Shown here piece by piece: positions 45,837-55,455 of a stretch of 64,000 nucleotides of DNA. The translations under genes and the position numbers were made by a program. The notes beneath the pieces were generated by a model that saw only the letters and a program-made list of their open reading frames with translations, searched no databases and was not told the DNA's origin. Positions within the stretch are counted from its first letter, which is position 1; every line of letters starts with the position of its first letter. The DNA lies in NCBI GenBank assembly GCA_963815115.1, contig CAWFFN010000009.1, positions 1,664,001-1,728,000 on the forward strand. The letters are read 5' to 3'. Source of the stretch: an uncultured delta proteobacterium (GTDB taxonomy: Bacteria; Desulfobacterota; Binatia; DP-6).

Positions 45837-46862
45837 ATGGCGGGAGGCACGGGTCTCGTCCTCGACGAGCGCATGCTCGCGCACGACCCCGGCCGCGGAC
45901 ACCCCGAGCGTCCCGACCGCTTGCGCGCGCTGCGCCACCATCTCGGCGCGGCGCCGTCGTTGGTGCACATCGGCGCCCGGCCGGCCTCCGAGGACGAGCT
46001 CCTCCTGGTGCACACCCCGTCGCTGGTCGAGCAGATCGCCGCCACTGCCGGTCGGCAGTGCGTGGTGCTCGATCCCGATACGCGCACCTCGCCCGGCTCC
46101 TGGGACGCCGCGCGGCTGGCCGCCGGCGGCCTGATCGACCTGTGCGAGGCGGTCCGCGCCGGCCAGGTCCAGAACGGGATCGCGCTGGTCCGCCCTCCCG
46201 GTCATCACGCCGAGCGTGAGCGCGCGATGGGGTTCTGCCTGTTCAACAACGTCGCGATCGCGGCGGCGCATCTGCGCTCGCGCGGCGTGCGCCGCGTCGC
46301 CATCGTCGACTGGGACCTCCACCACGGCAACGGCACGCAGCACGTCTTCGAGCGTGATCCCGACGTGCTGTACGTCTCGACGCATCAGTATCCCTTCTAT
46401 CCGGGGACCGGCGCGGTCGACGAGGTGGGCGAGGGAGCGGGGGCCGGGCGTACGCTCAACCTGCCGTTCCCGGCGGGCTTCGGCGATCACGAGTTCGCGC
46501 GCGCGTTCGACGAGGTGATCGTGCCCGTCTGCCGCCAGTTCGCCCCCGAGTTCGTGCTCGTCTCGGCGGGATTCGACTGCGACCTGCGCGACCCGCTCGG
46601 CGGCCTGTCGGTGACGCCGGCGGGCGTGGCTGCCATGGCCCAGGCCTGCATCGAGCTGGCGGAGGAGTGCGCGAGCGGCCGGCTCGTGGCGGTGCTCGAG
46701 GGCGGCTACGATCTCGAGGCGATCTGCGACGGCGTCGACGTCGTGCTCGCGACCCTGCGGGGCGGCCGTGGCGAGCCAAGCCTCGTCACCGGCGATGCTC
46801 GCCGGATCGATCCCCTGATCGAACGGGTGCGGGTCGCCCAGGCGGCCTACTGGCGGCTGTGA
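45837..46862 (+). CDS. Histone deacetylase-family amidohydrolase
   Basis: HPERPDR, RPPGHHA, GFCLFNN, DWDLHHGNGT, SAGFD and LEGGY. Confidence 0.95.
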   Translation: MAGGTGLVLDERMLAHDPGRGHPERPDRLRALRHHLGAAPSLVHIGARPASEDELLLVHTPSLVEQIAATAGRQCVVLDPDTRTSPGSWDAARLAAGGLIDLCEAVRAGQVQNGIALVRPPGHHAERERAMGFCLFNNVAIAAAHLRSRGVRRVAIVDWDLHHGNGTQHVFERDPDVLYVSTHQYPFYPGTGAVDEVGEGAGAGRTLNLPFPAGFGDHEFARAFDEVIVPVCRQFAPEFVLVSAGFDCDLRDPLGGLSVTPAGVAAMAQACIELAEECASGRLVAVLEGGYDLEAICDGVDVVLATLRGGRGEPSLVTGDARRIDPLIERVRVAQAAYWRL

Positions 46863-46895
46863 CGCCGGTAGCCGCGCCGGCCGGTGCGCGCGACC

Positions 46896-49250
46896 TCAGA
46901 AGCCGCTCTGGTCGTCGCCGTGACGCCCGCGCGGAGCGTCCAGCTCGTCCGGCGAGATCTCCTTATCGGTGCCCCCCTCCTGCCGATCGGCCCGAGCGGC
47001 GCGCCGGGCAATGCGCCGCAGGTGCCGGGTGCGCGGCTTCGCGCCGACGTCGTCGTCCGCGGAATCGACGCGCGAGGCGCTCGCGACGTGCACTCCGCTC
47101 GGAACCGGGAACCGTACCACCGGCCTGCCGTCCAGCGCCTTCCGCATGAAGCTGGCCCAGATGGGTGCGGCGGCATGGCCGCCCGTGGCCCACGAGCCGA
47201 GCGAGCGCTCGGAGTCGTAGCCCACCCACACCCCGGCCAGGAGGTCTGGCGTGAAGCCGATGAACCAGGCATCGCGCGTGTCGTTCGTGGTCCCAGTCTT
47301 GCCTGCGGCCGGGCGGCCGATGTTGGCGTGGCCCGCCGCCGTGCCGTGCTCCACGACGGCCTGGAGCATCGTCGTGAGCTGGTAGGCCTTCTCGGCGTCG
47401 AGGATACGCTCGAAGTGCGGTCGTGTCCCATCGAAGTCGAGCGGATGCCCGTCGCGGTCCGTGACGTTGGTGATGAAGGTGGTGTCGAAGCGCTTCCCGA
47501 GCGTCGGGAAGATGCCATAGGCGCGGACGAGCTCGAGGGGAGTGACCTCGACGGCCCCCAGCGCGATGGCCAGGTGGCGCGGGAAGGGACGGACGAAGCC
47601 GAAGCGGCCGAGGAAGTCGCGCGTGTAGTCGAGCCCGATGCCGTGGACCAGCCGCACCGAGACCGTGTTGAGCGAGAACATGAGCGCCGTGCGCAGCTGG
47701 ACCGGCCCGTTGTAGTGTCCCCCGAAGTTCTTCGGCGACCAGCGCTTGCCGCCCGGGCCGCCCGGGAACGAGATCGGCGCGTCGAGGACCACCGACGACG
47801 GCCCGTAGCCGCGATTGAACGCGGCCGCGTAGATGAGCGGCTTGATCGCAGAGCCCGGCTGGCGCCGTGCCTGGGTCACGCGATTGAACTGGCTGCGCTC
47901 GAAGGAATACCCGCCCACGATTGCCTTCACCTGTCCGGTGTACGGATCGATCGCGACGAGGGCGCCCTCCAGCTGGGGATCCTGGTCGAGGGCGAAGCGG
48001 ATCGTGTTGTTGTCGCCGGTCTCCCGCCCGGTCACCGTGACGACGTCGCCGGGACGGAACGCGGAGGGCAGGAGATGACGCTGGCCGATCTGCAATGCCT
48101 TGGCCGGGACTTCGGCCGTCTCCCAGCCGGTGCGCACCTTGAGCCCGTTCTTACCCACCTCGGTCACGACCGCGTTGCGGTGGCTCGCGTCGGCGGACCC
48201 GACCTCGGCTTCGCGCTTGAGGAAGGCGTCGACCTTGTGAGGGGAGACGCGCCGCAGGCTCCCGCGAAAGCCCTGCTGCCGATCGAGGTTCCGCACGCCC
48301 TGCTTGAGCGCGTCCTCGGCGAGCTGCTGCATCTGGAGATCGACGGCCGTGGTGACGCGCAACCCGAGCTGCGCGGCCGCGGTCCCGCCGTAGTGCTCCT
48401 CGAGCAGCCGGCGCACGTGCTCCACGTACCACGGCGCGGCGGTGTAGGTGGTCGCCGCCGCGCGATGCGCCGGCTGGATGTCGATCTCCTCGGCGAGCGC
48501 CTCCTGGTACTCCTCGTCGGTGATGAACTTCTCGATCCGCATGCGCCCCAGCACGTAGTGCTGGCGCGCGCGCGCCGCCTTCAGGCGGCGCTGCGGATCG
48601 TACTCCGTCGGGCGCTGGGGCAGGCCCGCCAGGAGCGCGGCCTGGGCGATGGTGAGGTCCTCGACGTCGACGTCGAAGAACGTGCGCGCCGCCGCCTGCA
48701 CGCCGTACGCGCCGGCGCCGAAGTAGATCTGATTCAGGTAGAGGTAGAGGATGTCGTCCTTGCTGAGCTTGTTCTCGAGGCGCAGCGAGAGGATGACCTC
48801 CTTCAGCTTGCGCTCGTAGCGACGCTCGGGGGTCAGCAGCAGCGTCTTCACGACCTGCTGCGTGATCGTGCTGCCGCCCTGCACCACGCGCTTGTTGGCC
48901 AGGTTCATGATGAAGGCGCGGGCGATGCCGAAGGGATCGACGCCAGGATGGCGATAGAAGTCGGCGTCCTCGGCGGCCAGGAAGGCCTGGCGCACGTGGT
49001 TCGGGACGTGGTCCAGCGGGACCATGTAGCGGCGCTCGACGTAGAACTCGCCGAGCATGGTGCCGTCTTCCGCGAAGACCTGCGTGGTGGTGGGCGGCTG
49101 GTAGCTGAGGAGCTGATCGACGGGCGGCAGGTCCTGGGTGATCTCGCGATACACCACGTACCCGACCGCTCCCACCGCCACCACACCGGCCACCAGGAGG
49201 GTGCCGACGACGCGCCGGAGCCTTCGCGCCCACCCGGATTTCTTCGCCAT
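46896..49250 (-). CDS. mrcA: Penicillin-binding protein 1A family
   Basis: AEDADFYRH, QGGSTITQQ, RKLKE, QPGSAIK, SLN and GKTGT. Confidence 0.93.
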   Translation of the reverse strand: MAKKSGWARRLRRVVGTLLVAGVVAVGAVGYVVYREITQDLPPVDQLLSYQPPTTTQVFAEDGTMLGEFYVERRYMVPLDHVPNHVRQAFLAAEDADFYRHPGVDPFGIARAFIMNLANKRVVQGGSTITQQVVKTLLLTPERRYERKLKEVILSLRLENKLSKDDILYLYLNQIYFGAGAYGVQAAARTFFDVDVEDLTIAQAALLAGLPQRPTEYDPQRRLKAARARQHYVLGRMRIEKFITDEEYQEALAEEIDIQPAHRAAATTYTAAPWYVEHVRRLLEEHYGGTAAAQLGLRVTTAVDLQMQQLAEDALKQGVRNLDRQQGFRGSLRRVSPHKVDAFLKREAEVGSADASHRNAVVTEVGKNGLKVRTGWETAEVPAKALQIGQRHLLPSAFRPGDVVTVTGRETGDNNTIRFALDQDPQLEGALVAIDPYTGQVKAIVGGYSFERSQFNRVTQARRQPGSAIKPLIYAAAFNRGYGPSSVVLDAPISFPGGPGGKRWSPKNFGGHYNGPVQLRTALMFSLNTVSVRLVHGIGLDYTRDFLGRFGFVRPFPRHLAIALGAVEVTPLELVRAYGIFPTLGKRFDTTFITNVTDRDGHPLDFDGTRPHFERILDAEKAYQLTTMLQAVVEHGTAAGHANIGRPAAGKTGTTNDTRDAWFIGFTPDLLAGVWVGYDSERSLGSWATGGHAAAPIWASFMRKALDGRPVVRFPVPSGVHVASASRVDSADDDVGAKPRTRHLRRIARRAARADRQEGGTDKEISPDELDAPRGRHGDDQSGF

Positions 49251-49355
49251 GAAGCGGCGTGAGGGTACCGAGCCGGGACCCGTCGAGCAAGCGAGGCGGT
49301 CGACAGGCAGCGTTCGAACCTATAGGGGCTCCCGATTCGTGAGCTGGCCGGAACC

Positions 49356-50510
49356 ATGGTGAAGGTCGACTTCCTGGATCTGCGTGCCCAGGACGCCGAG
49401 GTGGGGGCCGCCGTCCGTGCCGCCGTGGCCGAGGTTCTCGCCGACCAGCGGCTCGTCCTCGGACCGCATCTCGAGCGCTTCGAGGCCGGGATGGCGGCGT
49501 ACACGGGCGTGCCACACGCGGTCGGCGTGGCCTCCGGGACCGATGCGCTTGCGCTCGGCCTGGCCGGGCTCGGGGTCGGACCGGGGACCCGTGTCCTCGC
49601 CCCCGCCTTCAGCTTCTTCGCCACCGCCAGCACGATCGTGCGGCTCGGCGCCCGGCCGGTCTTCGCCGACGTCGATCCGCGCACCCTCACCCTCGATCCG
49701 GACGCCGCGGCCGACGCGCTGGCCCGGGCCGACGGCCCGGTGGCGGGGATGGTGCCGGTCCACCTCTTCGGCCGTCTGGCGCCCATGCCGGCGCTCGAGG
49801 AGCTCGCGCGGCGGCACGGACTCTGGATCCTCGAGGATGCCGCGCAGGCGGTCGGCGCCCGGTCGGGCGATCGCCGCGCCGGCGCCTTCGGGCGCGCCGG
49901 CGTCCTCTCCTTCTATCCCACGAAGAACCTGGGAGGCATCGGCGACGGAGGGATGCTGCTCACCGCCGACGAGGCGCTCGCCGCGCGCGTCCGGCGCGAT
50001 CGCAATCAGGGCCAGGTCGCGCCCTACGTCCACGAGAGCGTCGGTCTGTGCTCGCGACTCGACGCCGTGCAGGCCGCGGCGCTCGATGCCAAGCTCCCGC
50101 ACCTCGACGCCTGGAACGAGCGCCGACGCACGGTTGCGACCTGGTACGCGGCCCACTGCCGGGCCCGGGGGCTCGCCGGCGTCGCCGGCGCGCCGCTGGT
50201 GCTCCCCGAGCCGGCCGGAGAGGCGCACGTGTTCCACGTCTACACCGTCCGGGCGCGGCACCGGGATGCGCTCGAGCGCCACCTCGCCGCCGACGGCATC
50301 GGGACGCAGGTGTACTATCGCGTGCCGCTGCACCGCCAGGCGCCGCTCGCCGCCTGCGCCGAGGCGCCGGCCGGGCTGCCGGAAACGGAGCGTGCGGCCG
50401 CGGAGGTCTTGGCGCTCCCGCTCTACCCGCAGCTCACCGAGCCGCAGGTGGTGCGCGTCGTCGACAGCATCGCGGCCTTCTATCGCGCCGGTGGTGCGGA
50501 TTGTGGCTAG
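49356..50510 (+). CDS. DegT/DnrJ/EryC1/StrS aminotransferase
   Basis: SGTDAL, PVHLFG, EDAAQA, SFYPTKNLG and SRLD. Confidence 0.94.
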   Translation: MVKVDFLDLRAQDAEVGAAVRAAVAEVLADQRLVLGPHLERFEAGMAAYTGVPHAVGVASGTDALALGLAGLGVGPGTRVLAPAFSFFATASTIVRLGARPVFADVDPRTLTLDPDAAADALARADGPVAGMVPVHLFGRLAPMPALEELARRHGLWILEDAAQAVGARSGDRRAGAFGRAGVLSFYPTKNLGGIGDGGMLLTADEALAARVRRDRNQGQVAPYVHESVGLCSRLDAVQAAALDAKLPHLDAWNERRRTVATWYAAHCRARGLAGVAGAPLVLPEPAGEAHVFHVYTVRARHRDALERHLAADGIGTQVYYRVPLHRQAPLAACAEAPAGLPETERAAAEVLALPLYPQLTEPQVVRVVDSIAAFYRAGGADCG

Positions 50511-50539
50511 CGGGGGCGCCGGCTAAGATCGCTCGCGCC

Positions 50540-52975
50540 ATGAAGGCCGAGACCCGCAAGCCCGCGGCGGGCGCCAAGCGCGATGCGCCGGTCGCGGAGG
50601 GCGAGGGTCGCAGTCACGGCTTCACGGTCCTCGAGGCGGTGACCGAGGCGAGCGAGCACTCGGAGGATCTCCAGGAGACCCTGCAGCACATCGTCGAGGT
50701 GATCGCCCGGCGAACCAGTACCGACGTGTGCTCCATCTATATCCTCGAGGCGCGCGTGCAGCGCCTCACCCTGCGCGCCAGCACGGGCCTCGTCCGCAGC
50801 GCCGTCGGCAAGGTCATGATGAGCGTGGGCGAGGGCCTCACCGGCATGGTCATCGAGAAGCTCGAGCCGGTGATGGCGGTGGACGCCATGTCGCACCCGC
50901 GCTTCAAGTTCTTCCCGGAAACGGGGGAGGAGCGCTACCACTCCTTCCTGGGCGTCCCGATCCTCGAGCGCGGCACGGCGCTCGGCGTGCTCGTCGTGCA
51001 GACGCTCCGGCGACGGAAGTTCTCGGGCGGCGAGGTCCGGCTCCTGCGTGCCATCGCGGCGCAGCTCGCGGGCGTGCTGGTGCAGGCGCGGCTGGTGGAG
51101 GATCTGCACAGCAAGGAGCAAGAGCGCCGCGAGTACAAGCGCCGCATGGTCGGCGCGATGAAGCGCCTGCACACGTACGAGAACCGGATCGAGGCCGAGA
51201 CACCGGCCCGGCGGAGGAACCGCGAGGGCCGGCTGAACGGCCTGCCGGCGGCGCCGGGCTTCGGGCGCGGCCGGGCGCACCTCCTGCAGCCGCCGGTCAG
51301 CTTCGCGGCGATCGAGGAACGCCGCACGGACGACGTCGCCGCCGAGCGCATGCGCTTCCAGCGTGCGCTGACGGAGTCGATCCGCGAGCTGGAGGCGCTC
51401 AAGGTCCGGTTGGCGCGACGGCTCCCCGAGTTCGACGGCGCCATCATCGACACGCACCGCATGATGCTCGAGGACCGCGGCTTCAGCGGCAAGGTCGAGG
51501 CCCACATCAAGGGCGGCCAGGTCGCCGAGGCGAGTCTCAAGCGCGTGGTGGACGAGTACGTCGCGCGCTTCGCGGAGATGCACGACGAGTACCTGAGCGA
51601 GCGCGCGGCCGACGTGAAGGACGTCGGCCTGCGCCTGCTGCGAAACCTGCTCGGCGTCGAGGAGGCGGAGCGCACGCTGGACCGCGACACCGTGCTCGTC
51701 GCCGAGGAGATCACCCTCTCCGACCTCGGCCTGATCGACCACGAGCACCTGAACGGCATCGTGCTGATGACCGGGGGGGTCACCTCGCACGCGTCCATTC
51801 TCGCCAAGTCGTTCGAGATCCCGACCGTGGTCGGGGCCCAGCCGATCGCCGCGGAAGAGGTGCACGAGGGCGACCAGCTGCTCGTCGACGGCAACTCCGG
51901 CGTGGTCTTCTTGAACCCCCCGACGGAGGTCGTACGCGAGTACGATCGACTCGATCGCGAGTATCGTGCCTTCAACCGCGAGCTCGAGCCGCTGCGGGGG
52001 CTGTCCGCCGAGACCACCGACGGCCGCCGCGTCAACCTCTATGCCAACATCGGCCTCATCGGCGACCTCGTCTTCGTCCACCGGCACGGAGCCGACGGCA
52101 TCGGGCTCTATCGCACCGAGTTCCCCTTCCTCACCTATCGCGACTTCCCGGACGAGGAGGAGCAGGTGTTGCTCTACGCCCGGGCGGTGCGCGGCATGGA
52201 GGGCAAGCCGGTCACCATCCGCACGCTCGACATCGGCGCCGACAAGTACCCCGCCTACCTGAACCTGGCGCGGGAGGAGAATCCGTTTCTCGGCTGGCGC
52301 TCGATCCGCATCTCGCTCGAGATGCCCGAGCTCTTCAAGACCCAGATCCGCGCCATCCTGCGCGTCGGCACGCTCGGGCGCGTACGCCTGCTCCTGCCGA
52401 TGATCTCCGGCCTGGAGGAGATCCGGCGCGCCAAGGAGCTCATCGAGGAGGCGAAGGGTGAGCTGCGCCGGCAAGGGCAGGACTTCGATCCCAGCGTGCC
52501 GATCGGCATGATGATCGAGGTCCCGTCGGCCGTGTCCCTCGCGTCACATCTCATCCGCGAGGTGGACTTCTTCTCCATCGGCACAAACGACCTGATCCAG
52601 TACCTGCTCGCCGTCGACCGCAACAACTCGCGGGTGGCAACGCTCTACGAGCCGCTGCATCCCGCCGTGCTGCAGGCGATCCACGACACGGTCCAGGCCG
52701 CGAAGGGAGCGGGCAAGTGGGTGGGCATGTGCGGCGAGATGGCGTCCGACCCGCTGTGCACCGTCGTGCTGCTCGGACTCGGGCTCGACGACCTGTCGAT
52801 GGGGCCCTTCTTCATCCCGGTGGTGAAGCGCATCATCCGCTCGGTGCCCTACGCCGCGGTCCGGGCCCTGGCGCGCGACGTGCTCGGGCTGTCCACCGTG
52901 AAGGAGGTCAAGGGATACCTCTTCGACGGAATGCGCAGCCTCGGCATCCTCGAGCTGATGGAGATGTACCACTGA
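50540..52975 (+). CDS. ptsP: PEP-protein phosphotransferase with GAF domain (EI-Ntr)
   Basis: N-terminal GAF (VCSIY, GEGLTG, YHSFLGVP), TSHAS, GLYRTEF, SIGTNDL and CGEMA. Confidence 0.95.
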   Translation: MKAETRKPAAGAKRDAPVAEGEGRSHGFTVLEAVTEASEHSEDLQETLQHIVEVIARRTSTDVCSIYILEARVQRLTLRASTGLVRSAVGKVMMSVGEGLTGMVIEKLEPVMAVDAMSHPRFKFFPETGEERYHSFLGVPILERGTALGVLVVQTLRRRKFSGGEVRLLRAIAAQLAGVLVQARLVEDLHSKEQERREYKRRMVGAMKRLHTYENRIEAETPARRRNREGRLNGLPAAPGFGRGRAHLLQPPVSFAAIEERRTDDVAAERMRFQRALTESIRELEALKVRLARRLPEFDGAIIDTHRMMLEDRGFSGKVEAHIKGGQVAEASLKRVVDEYVARFAEMHDEYLSERAADVKDVGLRLLRNLLGVEEAERTLDRDTVLVAEEITLSDLGLIDHEHLNGIVLMTGGVTSHASILAKSFEIPTVVGAQPIAAEEVHEGDQLLVDGNSGVVFLNPPTEVVREYDRLDREYRAFNRELEPLRGLSAETTDGRRVNLYANIGLIGDLVFVHRHGADGIGLYRTEFPFLTYRDFPDEEEQVLLYARAVRGMEGKPVTIRTLDIGADKYPAYLNLAREENPFLGWRSIRISLEMPELFKTQIRAILRVGTLGRVRLLLPMISGLEEIRRAKELIEEAKGELRRQGQDFDPSVPIGMMIEVPSAVSLASHLIREVDFFSIGTNDLIQYLLAVDRNNSRVATLYEPLHPAVLQAIHDTVQAAKGAGKWVGMCGEMASDPLCTVVLLGLGLDDLSMGPFFIPVVKRIIRSVPYAAVRALARDVLGLSTVKEVKGYLFDGMRSLGILELMEMYH

Positions 52976-52998
52976 CCCCGCCGGGAGGAAGCGCGCAG

Positions 52999-53826
52999 GT
53001 GTCCAGCTCTCGTCTCGTTCCCACCCTCGCCGGCCTCGTAACCGCCGCGCTCGCCGTCGCGACGCCGGCGCTCGCCTTCGACGGAGCCATGCCGGTGCCC
53101 GTGCCGGGGCCGTTCCACATCTTCGCTCCCGGCCCGAAGAGACTCCGACTCGAGGGACCGACGGCCAACCCGAGCTCGATCGGCGACTTCGACGGTACGG
53201 TCGCGCTCGTCTACCTGAAGGGGCGCGCCACGGGCGGTGACGGGCATCGCTTCCTCATGGTGAACGACATGCGCGTCATGACGGGCGCGTACCGGTCCGC
53301 CGACGGCTCGCAGCATCGCGGCACCTTCGCGTTCGTTTGAATCGATCTCTTCGAGCCCGGTTCGGGCTCGCGAGTGCACGACTTCACCGGGGGCATCGCG
53401 CAGTCGGGTCTCGTCTGGACGGTGCCGCTCGCGGACGACGCGGTGGTGACGAGCCACGGTGGCAAGCGGCTGGACGTCTCGGTGCACGACCTGGCGGTGA
53501 TCGACTCCACCGGCGCGCCTGCGCTCGACGTGCCGGCCACGGTGAGCTTCCAGATGACCTGGCGGGCGGCGGGCCCGGCGCGGCGTGCCGGCAAGGGGAC
53601 CGCGGTGCCGCCGACCGATCCCCAGGGCTTCCTCGGCCGGCTCGCGAGCGCCCGGGCGCGCGGCACCTTCTCCGGGACGGCGGGCTCCTTCACCTTCCAG
53701 TCGGCGGCGAAGCCGCAGCGGACGATCTTCGGGGTGCTCGGGACGGAGCAGGCCGGCGCATTGCTGCCCGGGACGGTGACGTGCGGAGCGTGCGCGGGCG
53801 CGCCGGTGCCGCACGACCCGTGGTGA
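52999..53826 (+). CDS. Secreted protein of unknown function with an in-frame TGA at codon 114 (candidate selenoprotein, 275 aa)
   Basis: GGAGG RBS, GTG start and a signal peptide ending ALA. ORFs 52717-53340 and 53374-53826 share one frame separated by a single TGA, reading GTFAFV-U-IDLFEPG. Confidence 0.6.
53347..53374 (+). promoter_or_regulatory. SECIS-like hairpin
   Basis: CGAGCCC-GGUUC-GGGCUCG starts after an 11-nt spacer from the UGA. The loop begins with GG and there is a short CUC/GAG lower stem. Confidence 0.55.
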
Positions 53827-53848
53827 GCGGTCGAGACCGCGCGCGCCG

Positions 53849-55033
53849 TCACACCCCGGGGGCGATCGCCTCGAGCTCGAGGCCGCGGGTCTCCGGCAGG
53901 AAGACGCTGCCGGCGGCCGCCAGGAGGCCGGCGCCCGCGACCAGCGTGAGCGCCGAGCCGATGCCGCCGACGCGCGGCGCGAGGGCGCCGGCGAGCCCGA
54001 GGCCGGCGATGCCGCCGAGGGTGGCGGCGGCCGAGAGCCACGCCGACGCGGTGGCGCGCCACGCCGTCGGGAAGAGCTCCGTCGCCCAGGCGCGCAGCAC
54101 CGCGGTCTTGCCGGACTGGCAGAAGACCATCGCCGCGAAGCCGGGCCAGAGCGCCGCCGGACCGAGCTGGAAGAAGATCGCCTCCGCGATGCTGAGGCCG
54201 ATCAGGAAGACGACGGCGCAGGGCCGGCGCCCGAGCCGGTCGGCGAGCGCGCCGCCGATCCACCAGCCGGGCAGCCCGAGACCGCCGGCGATGATGATCA
54301 TCGCGCTGGTGGCGGCGGGCGACCAGCCGTGGTCGGTGATCGGCACGTAGGCGCTGAAGGCGAAGCCGGCGACGTCGTAGCTCATGGCGAGGAACGCGAC
54401 CGCGACCGCGACGGCCATCCGCCCGTGATAGCGCGATGGCAGCCGCCCGCGTGCGGCACGTCCCCCGGCGGTCCAGCGCCGGCTCTCCGGCAGGGCGCGG
54501 CGAAGAAACGGCAGCGTGGCGAGCGGCACCAGGTTGGCGACGAAGAGCCCGCGCCATCCGCCCGGGACGAGCTGGATGCCTGCCAGCGCGAGCCCGCCGA
54601 GGCCGGCGCCGAGCTGGTTGACGAAGCCGAGCACGCCCTGGGCGATGCCCCGGCGGGCGGCCGGCATCTCCTCGGTCGCGATGACGGCCGCCGTGGTGAG
54701 CGCCCCCTCCTGGAACATGCGCGCCGCCGCCTGCCAGGCGACGAACGCCGGCAGCGCGTGCGCGAGTCCGGTGAACGCCCCGAGCGTGGCATAGCCCGCG
54801 ATGCAGGCGAGGAGCACGTTGCGTCGCCCGACGGCGTCGGCCAGCCGGCCGAGGATGATCACGCCGAGCGCGCCGGCCGCGATCAGCGCGAGCGCGAAGG
54901 AGAGCGCGGACGAGCTCGCGTCGAGGTCGCGTCCGATCGCGGCGAGCGCGATGCTCGGGACGGAGCGCCCGTAGCCCTCGAAACAGATCGCCAGGCCGAG
55001 CAGCGCCAGCAGGCGCCTTTCCCCACCGTCCAC
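53849..55033 (-). CDS. MFS transporter
   Basis: GRLADAVGRR, EEMPAARRG, GALADRLGRR, ELFPT and LPETRG. Confidence 0.9.
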   Translation of the reverse strand: MDGGERRLLALLGLAICFEGYGRSVPSIALAAIGRDLDASSSALSFALALIAAGALGVIILGRLADAVGRRNVLLACIAGYATLGAFTGLAHALPAFVAWQAAARMFQEGALTTAAVIATEEMPAARRGIAQGVLGFVNQLGAGLGGLALAGIQLVPGGWRGLFVANLVPLATLPFLRRALPESRRWTAGGRAARGRLPSRYHGRMAVAVAVAFLAMSYDVAGFAFSAYVPITDHGWSPAATSAMIIIAGGLGLPGWWIGGALADRLGRRPCAVVFLIGLSIAEAIFFQLGPAALWPGFAAMVFCQSGKTAVLRAWATELFPTAWRATASAWLSAAATLGGIAGLGLAGALAPRVGGIGSALTLVAGAGLLAAAGSVFLPETRGLELEAIAPGV

Positions 55034-55043
55034 CGTGCCGCCA

Positions 55044-55347
55044 CTAGGAGCGCGACCCGAGACTTCGTCTCGGGTCGGAAAAAGAGGCGAGCGTGTGGCG
55101 TTCGGCGGATCCCGCGGACGCCCTGCCGCGGCCGGCGAAGCCGGCGCGGCAAAACGTGGCACGCCCGAGACGGTGGCTCAATCGCTCCTGCGCCGCCCGC
55201 AAGCCTGCCGTCTCCGCTCCAGGGTCGCGCTCCGGAACGTCTGCCGCGCCGGCTTTGCCGGCCGCGGCACGACGGCCGCACTGTTCATCAAGCTTCATTC
55301 TCGCTCTCCATCCCGACCCGAGACGGAGTCTCGGGTCGCTCTCCTAG
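55044..55347. repeat. 304-bp fold-back element (MITE/REPIN-like), copy 1
   Basis: Terminal inverted repeats begin CTAGGAG and each contains the 25-bp palindrome CGACCCGAGAC-N3-GTCTCGGGTCG (55053-55077, 55314-55338). There is an inner inverted repeat at 55124-55157 and 55237-55269. Confidence 0.85.
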
Positions 55348-55455
55348 CGCCCGTGCGCGATGCGTGCAACGCGCGCGCGCCCGCGCACCGGTGCACGGGA
55401 CCGCCGATGCGTGAGGATTGGACAGGATGGCGAGCGGATTGTAGAGAGCCCAGCC

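Noticed and set aside
50540-52975. Functional linkage of ptsP to the kdp island (PTS-Ntr modulates KdpD in proteobacteria)
   Set aside because: It is about 20 kb away among housekeeping genes, so proximity alone is not evidence.
53338-53340. Genome-wide UGA reassignment (code 4 or 25)
   Set aside because: Many well-conserved genes in the window end in TGA at their expected C-termini.
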